From NCBI RefSeq assembly GCF_009914755.1, contig NC_060933.1: a stretch of DNA of 64,000 bases, one strand, 5' to 3'. Each line of letters opens with the position of its first letter. The stretch's first letter is position 1. The notes beneath the pieces are model-generated. The model was not told the DNA's origin. It ran no database searches and saw nothing but the letters and a program-made list of their open reading frames with translations. The DNA comes from the human T2T-CHM13v2.0 reference genome, Homo sapiens. Of this stretch, positions 1-18,020 are shown piece by piece. The translations under genes were made by a program, and so were the position numbers.

Positions 1-20
1 CTCTCACCCACTGCCTGCAC

Positions 21-52
21 CATAGACACACATACACACACACATACACATA
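21..52. repeat. Imperfect (CA)n microsatellite
   Basis: catagacacacatacacacacacatacacata. Confidence 0.8.
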
Positions 53-579
53 CTCTTTGAAAAATTTCTGCAGAATCATTTATAACACTTTATCCCTGAA
101 TACTTGTGTGAATCTCCTAAGAACAAGGACTTTCTCCCACATAACTGCAATACCATTATCACAGCCAAGAAAGGTAACATTGATGTGGTGTGATTTTGTA
201 TATAGTCCATTTTCCACGTTTTCTTAATTGTCCTAGTTATGTGCTTCATAGCTTTTTTTTAAATTCAGAATACAACCAAGGACCATTCATGACATTTGAT
301 TTTTATGTCTTTTTGTGATTTTTATGTCTTTCCAGTCCCCTCTTTTTTCTAAATAACTTTGTTACACTGATATTTTGAAGAATCCAAGCTAGTTGTCTCC
401 TAGAATGCTTCCTGTTGGACTGGCCTAACCGTTTCTTCATGATTAGATTTCCACTAAGCAGGTTATGTGGGTCCTTCCCACTGAATCTTGTTAGGAGACA
501 CTTAATGTCAGGTGTGCCATCATTGCTTGATGCTAGGTGGGAGTATTTGGTTGTCACTGTTTTCTAAACAATTATTTAG

Positions 580-753
<174 letters not shown>

Positions 754-784
754 TAGTATCTGTACTTTTAATCATTAAATGTTA

Positions 785-1087
<303 letters not shown>

Positions 1088-1430
1088 ATATATATAATGT
1101 AAATGCAAACCGTTTCACTGTGTGGAAACCAGTCACTGTTGGCAGTGAGCGGAGATTGCACCATTGCACTCCAGCCTGGGCGACAAGAGTGAAACTCCAT
1201 CTCAAAAATATATATATATAATGTAAATGCAAACCATTTCACTGTGTGGAAACCAGTCACTGTTACTGTTCTCTGGCAGTAACATACTGTTTTTTTTTCC
1301 AGAGTTCCCAGCATTATACCAAATAATGTGTTAATTCATTTTATCAGAAGTTCTAACACATTGGTAATATTGAAGTGGGCATTAGGTAGAAGGAAATGTG
1401 TTCTGCTTCTTGATTTAAATTTACAAGATA

Positions 1431-1735
<305 letters not shown>

Positions 1736-1803
1736 TCATAGAGCCTTTACTTATTAAAACAAAGTATTTGATGCTATATTACTTTATATATCCATTTCTC
1801 TAA

Positions 1804-2040
<237 letters not shown>

Positions 2041-2427
2041 TGAAATGTAAATGTAGTCCCTTTGCTAAAAAATGAGAAATAAAGAATTGAAGAATAGAAG
2101 AAATAATTAATTAATCTGAATGGAGAATTTGAAATTGTGTTCATGACTCCTTGAAAAATAGTTAATCCTATAAAATGGGATATTAGGCCAATGGCATTTA
2201 TATATTGAACTTTGTAATTTTGTCTATTTGAAAATGACCATAAAGATCCATGATGTGGTAATAATTAGCTATTTTGATGAAGTTCATATTTTCCTGTGAG
2301 ACTATAAGGCTAGTGATTGAGCCAGGCCGAACACCTATGTCTCTCTAGAGATTGTGTCATTGTTCTCTACTCACCATCAATACATGCATTAACTTACAAA
2401 GCGAAAGGAACTTGGTTTCATTATTTA

Positions 2428-2709
<282 letters not shown>

Positions 2710-4754
2710 CTAGAAACTTGGACACTCTGAATATTGGATGATTTAAAGATTTATTATTTCTCTTTGTTAGGTGTGATAATAATATTGTGATTTTTTTAAA
2801 AACAAAGTTCTTTTAGGAATGCATACTAAATAAAATATTTATGGTTGACCTAATATAATGTTGAGAATTTGCCTAAATAGTCTGCAGTGAGGGGAGTAGA
2901 TGGGATTATAGACAGGACAAGACTGGCCAAGACTTGGTAGTTGTTAGTTGTTGAACTGGTTGATATGTACATCGGAGTTCATTAAACTGCTATCTGTACT
3001 TTTGTACATATTTAAAGATTTACCTAATAGAATATATTTTTAAGTCCATGAAATGAAGAGCCATTGCTATTACTCATGAAAGTAAAATGGTCTAAGAACA
3101 TGACATATTTTAGTAACAATATATGCACTGTCTATATAAATGATTAATTCTGTGCATATGAGATTATTAAGAGTTTTAAAGGGTTACATAAATTTTGTGG
3201 TCATGCAGGGCATTATTTTGTTGGGGCAACACGAGGAGACTGCAAGGATATGATATCCTTAGGATGAGGATAGCTCATTGAGTTCATTGCCCATCATCAT
3301 CCACCCATGTCATTTTAGTGTATCTCTGATACTGGAGAGGAAGGGGTGAATGATTGTGTTCACATTAGATGCTTGTTTTAGTGTAACTTGGTTTTTCTTG
3401 TTAAAGAGAGGTGCACTACTTGCCACTGTGGCCAAATGGAGAGAGTTTAACCAAATGCAGAGGAGGAAGTGGTCCATCATAAACTAGATTTCTGTGAATG
3501 TAGTCTTACGTACTCATACTCTTGGTATATTTATGAATATCCTTTCTGTCCTTTTTACTACTAGTATTATAATTATTATGATTATTACTATTATAGCAAC
3601 AGTAAAGAGTGGTACAGCCTTCCATGTGTGCTGTCTTATTAGGCCATAAGAAAGGCCAGCACTTTTGCATAATCACAATTCTGATGTATGACTGAGCCCA
3701 GACTGAACTATAGCGTCCCTAACTGTCCAATATTGTACATATGTTACAGCACAGACATATTCTAATCCCAAAAGGGGTCACGTAATGCAGCCCTTCCTTT
3801 TGACAGATTAAAAAACTGAAGCCAAAGTGATTATAAATGAAGTTAAAACTATCCCCACTTTATTTTCCCCCCTGCTTTTGTCTGAGTACACTAAATAGCG
3901 AGCGTCTTCCCTCAGAGAGTTAAATTTGGGATTCACGTGAGGATGTAGGAAATCGGGAAGGGAATTACAGTGCATTGTAGAGGAAGAACTAGGCTGAAGG
4001 CGGCTGGACGAGGAGAGCAGGGCAGAAGAAGGCAGCCAGTGACTGTGGGGCTCTCCCTTGATCTAACCTGAGTCCGCATCATTTGCTCTTGGGAGCACAG
4101 GCCACGGTAGCTGGCTGAGTGTGAGTAAGAATCTAGAGGGGTCCATGTGTGTAGAAGGGGTTAGCAACACCTCTGTTAGCTCCATAGATGGATTTCAAGA
4201 TCCTTGAAGGCAGAGCCTGAACATTTCCCAGCGTTGTGTGCCTGAGGCCAGCATCAGGACTAGCACATGGGCAAGGCATAAATGTTTGTAACTTACATTA
4301 GAACTGCCCCTGGCACACCAAGCCATTTCTTGCCTAAACTCATCAGGAAGTTGAAAGTTTTAGAATAACTCAAGTCAGAGATTGGAATGGAAGCACACAC
4401 TGTAAGCATTGAGTTTCATCTAAAACATTGAAGTGATCTTATCTCACCAGAAATTGCCAATCTCTTATGTAGAATTGTACAGTCTTCAGGATAGATGGTG
4501 CAGGGTGTGCAGCAACTTTGACCAGCAAGCTCCAATTTTCTAGCAAGTGGTCTTTTACAGTACTCTTCCAGACTTCAAAGTTTGACTCCCTACAGCTGTG
4601 TGGATGACTGCACTAATAATTGCTTTTATTCCCCATCTCACCCTCGTCCCTCTTAGCTTGACCAGGTTTTGACTTGAGGCTGTGTGCCATGTCCAGAAAC
4701 ACTAGTCTTTACATTTGAGCAGTAGAATCTTCAGGCAGAATTAGTATTTTATAG

Positions 4755-5066
<312 letters not shown>

Positions 5067-5751
5067 TAAAATGATTTTAAGTGTATGGCATTTTTGTGAG
5101 TTAGTAGTTGAGAATAATAGAGTGCTTTGATGAACACAGTAATTTGAAGTCAAGCTTTATGTTGCATTAGTCTCTTTAGGCTCAATATCCTTTTGTTTTC
5201 CTTTTTGCAAAGTAATAAGAAAGCTCCTCTTCCTCACGAGTATTTAATTATGACAATATGAAAATAGTTCTCCTTACAAGTCTTACAGTACTTCTCAGTT
5301 AAACAAGAGAAGCTTTATTCTGAGATTTGCCCAAAGGCAAGTTGACTTGTCATAATAAGTTTAAGTGTTAGGTTTGCCTCCCCTACTACCAATTTTTAAA
5401 AATTTTCTATAAAATACATTTGCATATCACAAATTTTTATTTTTAAAAAACAAACTTTGAATTACATGTTTTCTTGGAATCTTCAAAGCACTCAGTGCAT
5501 GGTTCGAAGATCATTTAAGTTGACTTATGGATTTAGAGACCCAAGTGGGGCTACCCTTTTATGCTAATTATAGAATTTTAATTCCTGATTTCTCAAAGGA
5601 TTATATAGACTAGCTAGTTGACCACAGAAAAGAGAAGGAAGATGCTGGGCCCCCTAGCTGGATACCTTTGCTGTTGCATGCCCATTTAGAGGGGGTCTAG
5701 CGTGCCACTGTTAACCGAGCCACGTGAAAAGCTTTATTGAGTTTTGACTTA

Positions 5752-6093
<342 letters not shown>

Positions 6094-7454
6094 AGTATGC
6101 AATTCAGTGGGCTTTAGTATATTCAGAGTTGTACAGCTGTCATCACAACCAATCAATCTTAGAACATTTTTATCATCCCCAAAAGATACCCCATACCCAT
6201 TAGCAGTCATTCCCCATTTCTCCCTTTCCCTAAACCCTCTAGTCTTAGATGTTACCTTTTGCTGTCGCTCTTGGTGCTTCCAAACCTCCTTGGCTGGGGA
6301 GGGGGAGGTAGCACTGACCATACATGTCAGGGCTGGGCACACGTGCCCTCAGAACCTCAGTATTCCCAACTAAGGCAGTGGCTGAGTCAGCATCCTTTCA
6401 GTATTTCACTTTCTTGAGCTCAAAAGATAGAGTAAGTCTATCCAAGGGGATATAGGCATAACCCAGAGGTTAGGAGCAACAGATAATTAACTACTATTGC
6501 TCTAAGGCAAAGAATCTGAGAAGCGGAATGAGAGAATCCAATAATAAGCTAAAGGTACTTAATTCAGCAGAGTCAAGGGAAGGCAGCTTCATGTCTGTGC
6601 ACCTGCCTGTTAAAAAGAGGTCAAGTGCATGAGTTGGATGTTACTTTTATATGCAGCTTAGGAAGTTAGCTACTGTGAAGCTCTCAATTTTTATTCATAA
6701 ACTTGACTGTTAATGTGAATTCAGTAAGAGCTTTTGTGATTTTCTTTATTTTATCAAGGGGCAAGAACATATTTCCTGCATCTCACAAAATGCCGTTTTA
6801 ACTTTAGGTTTTCTTTATGATGAATGCAGACCATACTTATCTCAGACAGCTGCAACATAAAGTTTTAAAAGACTGCTTAACATTTTGTATATATTTAGTG
6901 TAAATCACTCATTTTGTCTCTGGGGTACAAAATCTCACTTCTATTTTTAAGTATCATATTTTAGCTATGAGATGAGCACAGTAATCTTTGCAGAGTACCA
7001 TAATAGGAATACAGAAGTCCGTGGAATCAAAGTTAATTTTCTTCGGGTTGTCTAATGGATCAGTTTATTTCAGTGCTGTAAATAATTAATAACCAAGGAA
7101 ATTGTAAGCTCATTCAGGATTTTCTAAGGTCACTGTTAGAACTTCTTAAACAGAAGAAAGCTATGTTACTTGGAGGAAAACCTGAAGCATCATTGCTTAC
7201 AAAATTTGCTTAATGGTTCTTTTTGGCTTTAGAAGTGATAGTGCAATAAGAGGCCATGGCAATGTAGTTTAAAAGAAATCCTAATTTACCTGCAGTCTGA
7301 TAATTTTAGGGGTACAATTTGTTATTTTGGACTAACTTGCTTGTCTAATTTATCTCCATTAGGTCCATAATACATATTGCTGAAGAAATGACATATGTTG
7401 TACTTTGTTGGTATTTTATATCTGTGCTCTAAATTTCTGTTTTTAGATGGGCCA

Positions 7455-7695
7455 TGTAGTGTGGTGGCTGAGACCATAGGCTCTGAAAGCAGTTTTCTGA
7501 GCTTGCATCCAAGCTTCACACTTGCTTGGTGTGTGGCCTTGGGCTAGTTAATTTCACTACTTTACCTTGGTTTCTCATCTATAAGATGGGCATCATAGCA
7601 ATACCTACCTTGCAAAGTTTGTGTAGTCGTGAAATGAGCTAATCCAGGTAAGGTACTTGGAAAGTAACTGGTTGATGCATAGTAAGTGCTATTAT
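7455..7695 (+). mobile_element. MIR
   Basis: MIR core (ggtttctcatctataagatggg...gtaagtgct). Confidence 0.65.
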
Positions 7696-7808
7696 GTAAG
7701 ATATACTTTGTTCTGAGTAGAAAATGTATATTCTTTGAATACACACTGGTTGGGTTTGTTTAATCTATATGTATATTCTAAAATGTGTAAGTCTATCAAA
7801 GTGATATA

Positions 7809-8148
7809 CAGTCAGCTCTCCATGTCTGTGGTTTCCACATTCATGAATTCAACTAGCCGTGTATAGGAAATATTTGAGGGGTAAAATGGATGGTTACATC
7901 TAAACGTGCAGGGTTTTTTTCTTGTCATTATTCCCTAAACAATATAGTATAACAACGATTTGCGTAGCATTTACATTGTATTAGGAATTATAAGTAATCC
8001 AGAGATGATTTAAAGTATATAAGAGGATGTACATAAGTCATATGCAAATACTGTGTCATTTTGTATCAGATACTCGGCATCTGTGGATTTTGGTATCCAA
8101 GTGGGGGGTGTCCCGGAACCAATCCTCTACAGATACCAAGGGACAACT
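7809..8148 (-). mobile_element. MER2 (TcMar-Tigger non-autonomous DNA transposon)
   Basis: Reverse complement of the MER2 motifs GGATACCAAAATCC and TTTAAATCATCTCT-GATTACTTATAA; ~340 bp. Confidence 0.8.
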
Positions 8149-8398
8149 TTATGTTTAAGTGTTACTTTTAGTATTTTATTGGAGGTAGCCAATACAGTAT
8201 ATTAGTGTATACTAATTAGTGTATACACCTCAGCCTCCCAGAGTGCTGAGATTACAGGCATGAGCCACCACACCTGGCCGAAAACACATGTTCTTAAAAA
8301 CATTTTTAAAAGTTAGCCTTTCTGAAAATAAACATTCTAAAAATCTATTTTTAGCTTTATCACATCCACCTATAATGTGAACTCAAACAGCTACATGA

Positions 8399-8701
<303 letters not shown>

Positions 8702-9898
8702 TGAGGTGAGAGTCCCTGTTCTGAAACTTTTCTCAAGAGGGCAGTGAATGTAGTCAAGCCATGCCCATTTGAAGTGATGCTCACATGTGTGCTAATCAAG
8801 TTTGAAATTTCGTAAATTCTCTGACCAAGTAATAAAAATGAAGGGACTTTTAAAAGAAGAGCAGAATGTGACATGTGCAGCCCTACATTCACTTCCCTTT
8901 CACTTTTAATGTAGTAACTAGTGTTATATTCCAAGTACACTAATCAGAGCTTACAAGATCTCATGCTGAGCTCCACAGCTTACTAAGGACGTGGGAAACT
9001 TAGAGTGCAGATGAGAGGTGAGGTTGAGCAACTTGGAGAATACGGCTAAACATTAATAAAAAGAAAAGCTAATGGAGTTAGAATTACTTAGAAAATAAGG
9101 TTGGTTGAGAATGTGCCATCGTTCTGGGAGTTTGAATGGGTGATATGAGAACGTTAGGGAATTTGTCTAGGCCTCTAGAATTGGATCGCTTCTCCCTCGG
9201 GGAGATAGCTCACACACAGCTGTGCTGCAGGGAGGAGAGAGGGAGATTCTATTACCTGTGGCCGCTTTTATTTTAGAAGCTTTTGGTGTTAGTATCCTGT
9301 TCACCAGCTGAACTGAGGTAGTTTTGTGAGACTTGACAGTGACTATTTTGTTGCAGAATTGACTAAGTTTTGCTCTTTGAGAACTAGATGTGTAGTCAAA
9401 GTATCTGGCATCTATGGAGTGCTTCCAGTTTGGAAGGGGGATGCAAGCTTCCCTGGGGAGGACAGGTTGAACAGGACATAGCTTCTGCCTTTGAGGGTCT
9501 GAGAATCTTGTAGAGGCATGGATGTGAGTGTAGCACAAGGCAGCGTGCAATGTGTTGATATTACTAGGAGAGTGGTACCAGGAGAACAGGCTGCAGAGGA
9601 GCTGGATTCAGAAGAAAAGCAAGACAGACTGAGAAAGTGTGGCTTAGCCGCGGTATGGAGGATGGATGGTAGCACAGATAGGCTGCAGGGCCCCTAATTT
9701 GAGTTCCTGCACAAAAACGACCATAATATCAACATTGTACCAAAGCCAAGTGATCTCAGGGAGAAAAATAAAAGATGCCTTCCCTGGCGAGCACATCAAG
9801 GTTTCAGTCGCTTGGCTGTGTCCTTGGGAATTTTCTTGAGTCCCCACTCCCAGGAGCCACATCAGACCCCACTGACCGTCCAACACAAATTCCTCTAG

Positions 9899-10213
<315 letters not shown>

Positions 10214-11260
10214 GGGTTGGAGCAGATGACTTCCAGGGAGTCTCTCGCTTTGAGTCCACGCTGGCATGGTTGCAGTCTGTGGGAAAGTGGGGCAGGCAGG
10301 TGGACTTCAGAAGAGCTTGAGGGGTCAGCACTCCGCACACCCATGCCCTCAGGTGCGATGGATAAACAGAATGGCTTTAGGTGCCGTCTGTCCAAATTAC
10401 CAGCGGAACCTTCCTTCCCATGCAGTATTGTTGTATGTACTTGTAACCTTTGATTAGGTTTCTCTCTGTACTCTTAGATGTCCTTGCTTTTCTTCCCCAT
10501 CCTGCCTTTAACCTTTCTAATCTTGCCAAAGCTCTTGAGTGTTTCCCCATCAGTTTCCTTCTCTCTTATATTTCAGTTTTTTAATTGAGTTCATGATCAA
10601 ACCTTCATCTGATCACATCACATGTACTGTGCATCCACTGTGATTAGATAGCTTATGGGATCCTTGAAATCACATTGACAGGCACTGTAAAGTCACAGCC
10701 AAGTTAGCAATTATTAGTTGCACCTCAGAGAATGTTGGAATAATGATCTTTGAAGATGGGATTGTTCATATATTTGGATAATTATTGCTGTGGATTTCTC
10801 TCTAGCATTTTAGCTCATTCCAGTAAATGATTTTTTTCTTTATGAAATAGAACTACCAAAAAAAAAAAAAAAAAAAGTTCAACAACAACAAACTGAAGGG
10901 GGAGAAAAATACACCATTACCACAGCAACAAATTAGTTTATGCTAGACAACTTGTAAAGAATAAATTAACTTCCAAATGCCTATAGACATGGATATTAGT
11001 GACACAAGAGATTTTAGACTTTTGGAGGGTTCTTAAAAAATTGTGCTTTAAAGGAAGAGACTCTACATTGGATGCAGCCAGTTTTTAAAAATGTGTCTGA
11101 AGCATTTGGTGATGGTTTCTGCCTGTTCAGTAAAGAAGCACCGGCTCAGAACCTCAACTTCTGGACTTACTCAAGTTTGCAGAACTCCTCCAAAGCAGTC
11201 GAGTGCTCTGTTCTCTCTGCTTGGATGTTCTTGTTGTGAATGAACCTTTATGTCTTGTAG

Positions 11261-11458
<198 letters not shown>

Positions 11459-11980
11459 TGAGATGGTGTTTAATTACGGTTCTGACTCACTGTGTTCTCT
11501 ATTAGAGCCTATCTTTTGGCCTGTTGGGTGAACTCCCAAATTAGGGAAGGGCAAAAAGGAAGGAAAGGCAATATTAGGAGAGCATATGATTTTAGGACTG
11601 TTAGTGTTTATTTAATTTACTCTTCTTGTTAAAAAAAGATTGTAAAGAAAAAGATTGAAAAATACTGTACTGTATACCCAGAATCACCAATCGCAGAACG
11701 TGTTTTTCTTTTGCTGTCCAGCTAAAGTTTTCTGCCCAGTCTGATTTAGATGCACCAGATAATTCTTACTGGTGATGTGCTAAAGAGAATAATCATCACC
11801 ACTGCTTACAATGCCTCTCATTAAGAGAGCTGCTTATTTGTTTAATAAATCATTATCCAGAGCAGAATCAATATAAAGACACAAGGGCTTATATCAAAAG
11901 ATTATTTACCTTTAGTCAGAATCAGAGCTGTGACTCTATGTTTTTCCTTATACCAGAATAAAACCTATTTAACTCAATAA

Positions 11981-12302
<322 letters not shown>

Positions 12303-12884
12303 TAGATGAGAAGAAAGCCATAATTGATTGTGTGAGCCATCAGAAGTAGTAAATATGATAGGTACTAAGTAATAATAAGTGACCTCATAAAATACATCAG
12401 CGAAAATTTGCAAGCCGGGCAAGACTGGAAGTGTGAAGGAAAAGTGGCTGTTAGCGTGAAGCAGTGCTCTCCTCGCTCCCCACCCCAGTCTCATTCCTCA
12501 GCTGGACATGGGTCTCACCTGGGCCGGCTCATGTACCCTCAGTGCAGCAGTGACCTCAGAAGCCCACTCTTCGAGTCCCAAAGCCTGAATTGTTCTGAGA
12601 TCTTCTCCAAGATGCTGATCTCCTCTAGAACAAAATTATTCCAGGTCTGATCTTACCTCCAGCAATCACAGCCCTCCCAGCACTTTCCCTATTCCTTTTT
12701 GGCTTCCTGACATTCCTAATAGACTAGTATAGGAAGGGAGGTAGGGCTCAGGAAGCCTGGCCAGTGGCTGTTTGCCCTGCTGTATTACATTCCTTGTCAG
12801 AATGGTATTTGTGGACCACCTTTGGAAACTGATCAGGAAATGGAGTGTATTAAATCACTAATATAGATTTGAAAATAAACTTAA

Positions 12885-13292
<408 letters not shown>

Positions 13293-13814
13293 TAAGTTTG
13301 ATTTCAACATAACAGCGAACAGCCCCTTTGCTGCTGCTGCAGATGTGGCAGGGATGCACTGCACCAAAGGCAGGTGCTGTGTATGTCACTTCAGATTGCC
13401 AGCTCCCAGCATGTCCCTTGTTCTTCCAAAGAAGAAAACTTGACAATATAGGGGAAGAAGATTCTGCTCTTTATACACAGAACTTTGTATAGAGTTCTGG
13501 AATGAGGAAGTGTGAGGAGGGAATCAGTGCCTCTCGGAAGTCGTTTTAATTAGAATGTGATTTTTTTTTCTTAAACGTGTCTTCATTGGCTCCCAGATTT
13601 GCCGTAGAAACCAAGCAAACTGGGTGCTAAAACAGAAAGGCCCATAGATTGTACTTTTTGAGCTGTTTGAATTTGTATACCATATGCACATAGAACTTTT
13701 CAAACAAAGAAGAATTTAACTAAAGGTCTGTGGAGTATATTTGCCCAGTAGATGTGGGAGTTTTCTTTCAGGTCTAGCACAACAGCAGCAGTACATCTGA
13801 GCATTTTTCTTTTC

Positions 13815-14510
13815 TTGTCGTAAAATATACATAACATAAAATTTACCATTTCAACCACTTTTTTCTTTTATTTATTTTGTTTTGTTTTGTTTTGTTTTGA
13901 GACAGGGTCTCCCTCTGTCACCCAGGCTGGAGTGTAGCAGTGTGATCACAGCTCGCAGCAGCCTCCACCTCTCAGGCTCAGGAGATACTCCCACCTCAGC
14001 CTCCTGAATAGCTGTAACCACAGGCACATGCCACTGCACCCAGCTAATTTTTCGTATTTTTTGAAGAGACAAGGTTTTGTCATGTTGCTAGGCTGGTCTC
14101 GAACTCCTGGGCTCAAGCAATGCACCCTCCTCAGCCTCCCAAAGTGCTAGGATTACAATCATGAGTCACTGCACCCAGCCTCAACCATTTTAAAACGTTC
14201 GGTTCAGCGGCATTAAGTACCTTCACATTGCTGTTCAGCCATCACCACCATCCATCCCCAAAACTTTTTTATCCTTCCCACGTGAAACTCCGTACCCATA
14301 AAATACTAACTCACCACTCTCCTCTCCCCGCAGTCCCTGGCACCCACTCCTTTACTTTCTGTTTTTTGTGAATTGGACAGTGTAGGAACCTCCTATAAGT
14401 AGAATCATACACTATTTGTCTTTTTGTGATTGGCTTATTTCCCTTAGCATGATGTCCTCAAGGTTCATCCAGGTTGTAGCATGTGTCAGAGTTTCATTCC
14501 TTTTAAATAG
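13815..14510 (-). mobile_element. L1M(B) 3'-end fragment interrupted by an antisense AluJ (~13860-14180)
   Basis: L1 3'UTR motifs (aacataaaatttaccatt; gtgattggcttatttcccttagcatgatgtcctcaaggttcatcc); Alu with TSD-like tcaaccac/tcaaccat. Confidence 0.8.
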
Positions 14511-14691
14511 TTTTCCTGTCTGACGTGTACCGCACATAACCATGGAAATGAGGAGGCCGCTTCTGTGTTTCCTCTTCTTGAAATGGGATGGGAAAATAAG
14601 TAGGATATGGGGAAAGGGTGGGACCAGCAGGAAACCAGCAAGCAGAGTGCCCAGTGGTTCATTCTTTCACTCTTATTCTTTTCTTTTTTAA

Positions 14692-14787
<96 letters not shown>

Positions 14788-15347
14788 TAAGGGCTGCCTA
14801 GTGGGTACAGGTCTAAGGCGGGGACTTCTCAAGGACTGGGACTTGAAGAAAGAATTTCCTTTACCCAAATTTCAGAGTAACAGGAGGATTTTTTCCCCAC
14901 AGATTGACTGTTTGCCTTACTCATTCCATCAAATTTAATTGTAAAGATTACAGAGTCAAAACTTAAGCATAGTTTGCTTGTGTGCTAAAACTCTGACAAA
15001 GTGTAATCATTGATGTTTCCAGCCAGTACATTTGACACATTGGAGCCTGGTTATGTTACATTGCACATGGTTAGCACATGAGCAGAATTCCTACGGCTTA
15101 GACCTGTTTTGTCTTGTTTGCTGACTCTCAGCCAAACTTCTTAATTCCTTTGCATCATCCAGCAAAGTCAGACCGCTTGTGCTGCCCTGGGGTCTAAAGG
15201 GACCGTGACAAGCAAATGAGCAGTCTTGGTAAATGCCACACAAACAGTAGGAATGTTCACAGTGTCTTCCTGTTGAAGTTTTATACTGGATTGCTTCCTG
15301 CTTCCGAGAATAGAAAAAAAAAAGTCACATTTTCTTGTGGCCATTCT

Positions 15348-15630
<283 letters not shown>

Positions 15631-16077
15631 TCTTGTGGCCATTCTGACTGGAAGCTGAAGTCTAGTTTTCCAGTGATAGAAAACTGGAAACAAATTTCTT
15701 CTTTACCAGCTGAGTGGTAACACAGTCAACCAGGTTGCCTCTGGCAACAAAGAGTTCTTGGTTATGATGGACTGAAACTGGCAGAGACCTCGCTGCTGGG
15801 TGAGACTAGCCAGGGAGCTTAGGGGTAAGGAGGGCACCCCCTGTCCAACAGGGAGATTCTTAGGTCAGGGAGCACCTGGCTGGCTTCCTCACTCACCGCC
15901 GAAGTGGGCATTGGATTTGACCTATTACGAACCTGGAGCAGGACCAGGGATGCCCTGGTTGCTCTGCAGAATGTGGCTCAGAGGTAAGTGATCTGCTCGG
16001 GATACCCAGTCACTGTGCTCAGAGCCATGCCTCCCCGGGCAGCCGGAGGACATGGATGTGCTCTGGAATGTCTTTAA

Positions 16078-16260
<183 letters not shown>

Positions 16261-17088
16261 ATGTCTGAGCACGGACTCTCCCAGGCCTGCCTGCATGGCA
16301 TCAGACTAGCCACTCCTGCCAGGCCGCCGGGATGGTTCTTCTCCAGTTAGAATGCACCATGGAGACGTGGTGGGACTCCAGCTCGTGTGTCCTCATGGAG
16401 AACCCAGGGGACAGCTGGTGCAAATTCAGAACTGAGGGCTCTATTTGTGGGACTGGGTTAGAGGAGTCTGTGGCTTTTTGTTCAGAATTAAGCAGAACAC
16501 TGCAGTCAGATCCTGTTACTTGCTTCAGTGGACCGAAATCTGTATTCTGTTTGCGTACTTGTAATATGTATATTAAGAAGCAATAACTATTTTTCCTCAT
16601 TAATAGCTGCCTTCAAGGACTGTTTCAGTGTGAGTCAGAATGTGAAAAAGGAATAAAAAATACTGTTGGGCTCAAACTAAATTCAAAGAAGTACTTTATT
16701 GCAACTCTTTTAAGTGCCTTGGATGAGAAGTGTCTTAAATTTTCTTCCTTTGAAGCTTTAGGCAGAGCCATAATGGACTAAAACATTTTGACTAAGTTTT
16801 TATACCAGCTTAATAGCTGTAGTTTTCCCTGCACTGTGTCATCTTTTCAAGGCATTTGTCTTTGTAATATTTTCCATAAATTTGGACTGTCTATATCATA
16901 ACTATACTTGATAGTTTGGCTATAAGTGCTCAATAGCTTGAAGCCCAAGAAGTTGGTATCGAAATTTGTTGTTTGTTTAAACCCAAGTGCTGCACAAAAG
17001 CAGATACTTGAGGAAAACACTATTTCCAAAAGCACATGTATTGACAACAGTTTTATAATTTAATAAAAAGGAATACATTGCAATCCGT
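16261..17088 (+). other. TJP2: TJP2 3' UTR
   Basis: Repeat-free sequence from the stop codon to ~20 nt after the distal AATAAA; 3' end approximate. Confidence 0.85.
16652..16657 (+). terminator. Proximal polyadenylation signal (candidate)
   Basis: AATAAA with upstream TGTA motifs (~16560-16570); downstream GU/U element is weak. Confidence 0.5.
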
Positions 17089-17112
17089 AATTTTCTTTGT
17101 GGTGGATTTGTA
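17062..17112 (+). terminator. Distal polyadenylation signal plus GU/U-rich downstream element of TJP2
   Basis: AATAAA at 17062-17067, TGTA just upstream, TTTTCTTTGTGGTGGATTTGT from ~17091. Confidence 0.85.
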
Positions 17113-17721
17113 TGCTACTTCCTATTTTTAAATGCAACTTTTATTTCAGTTACTAATCATAGAAGTGATTACTAACCTCCTTGTCGAACATTGGAAAATG
17201 GAAACGTGAAAAAGAAAATTATACCCATAATCCCATCCCTCAGATAATTTTGGTGTATTTTCTCCAATTACGTATTTGTGGATGTCTGTGTGTATGATAC
17301 TTGAGGGTGTACTGTGTTTGTAGTTCTATTTCCTATTTTTTCTGTTTATCATTCTATCACTAACATTTCTCAAGTGGTTACAACTGTGCAGCAAGGTATT
17401 TAAAGCGTGGTGTACACATCATCATTAACAACCACAGAGCAATATATCCCATGGCTGCTTCATAAGTGAACAATTCTGTTGTTGGCTGTTCGGATTATTT
17501 CCAGTTGTTTGCCTTTTTTTTTTTTTTTTTAACATGAAATGCACCTCTTTGTATGTAATCCAGTTTTGTATATCATTGATCAGCATTTCAGTATTTTTCT
17601 GCAGGCAAGTTCTCAGAAGTAGAATTACTGAGTAAAAGAATAGGAACATTTTTAAGGCCCTTGATGTTTACTGCCAAATAGCTTCCTAGAAAAGTTGCAT
17701 CAATTTACACCCCCACATCCA

Positions 17722-18020
17722 CTCTTCCTCTTCCTCTTCTTCCTCCTCCTCCTCCTCTTCTTTCTTTTCCTTTCCTTTCTTTTCCTTTCTTTCCTCCTCC
17801 CTTCCCCCCTCCCTCCCCCCCCTTCCTTCCTTCTTTCCTTCCTTCCTCCCTCCCTCCCTTCTCTCTCTCTCTTTCTTTCTCTCTCTCCCTTTTTTTTTTT
17901 TTTTTTGACAGGGTCTTGCTTTGCTGCCCCCAGGCTGGTCCTGTTCTTGAACTCCTTTAGCAATCCTCCCACCTCAGCTTCCCAAAGTGCTGGGATTACA
18001 GGCGTGAGCCACTATGCCCA
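17722..18020 (-). mobile_element. FLAM-type Alu monomer (~17891-18020) with an expanded CT-rich pyrimidine tract (17722-17890)
   Basis: Pure C/T tract, then poly-T and an Alu left-arm monomer. Confidence 0.8.
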
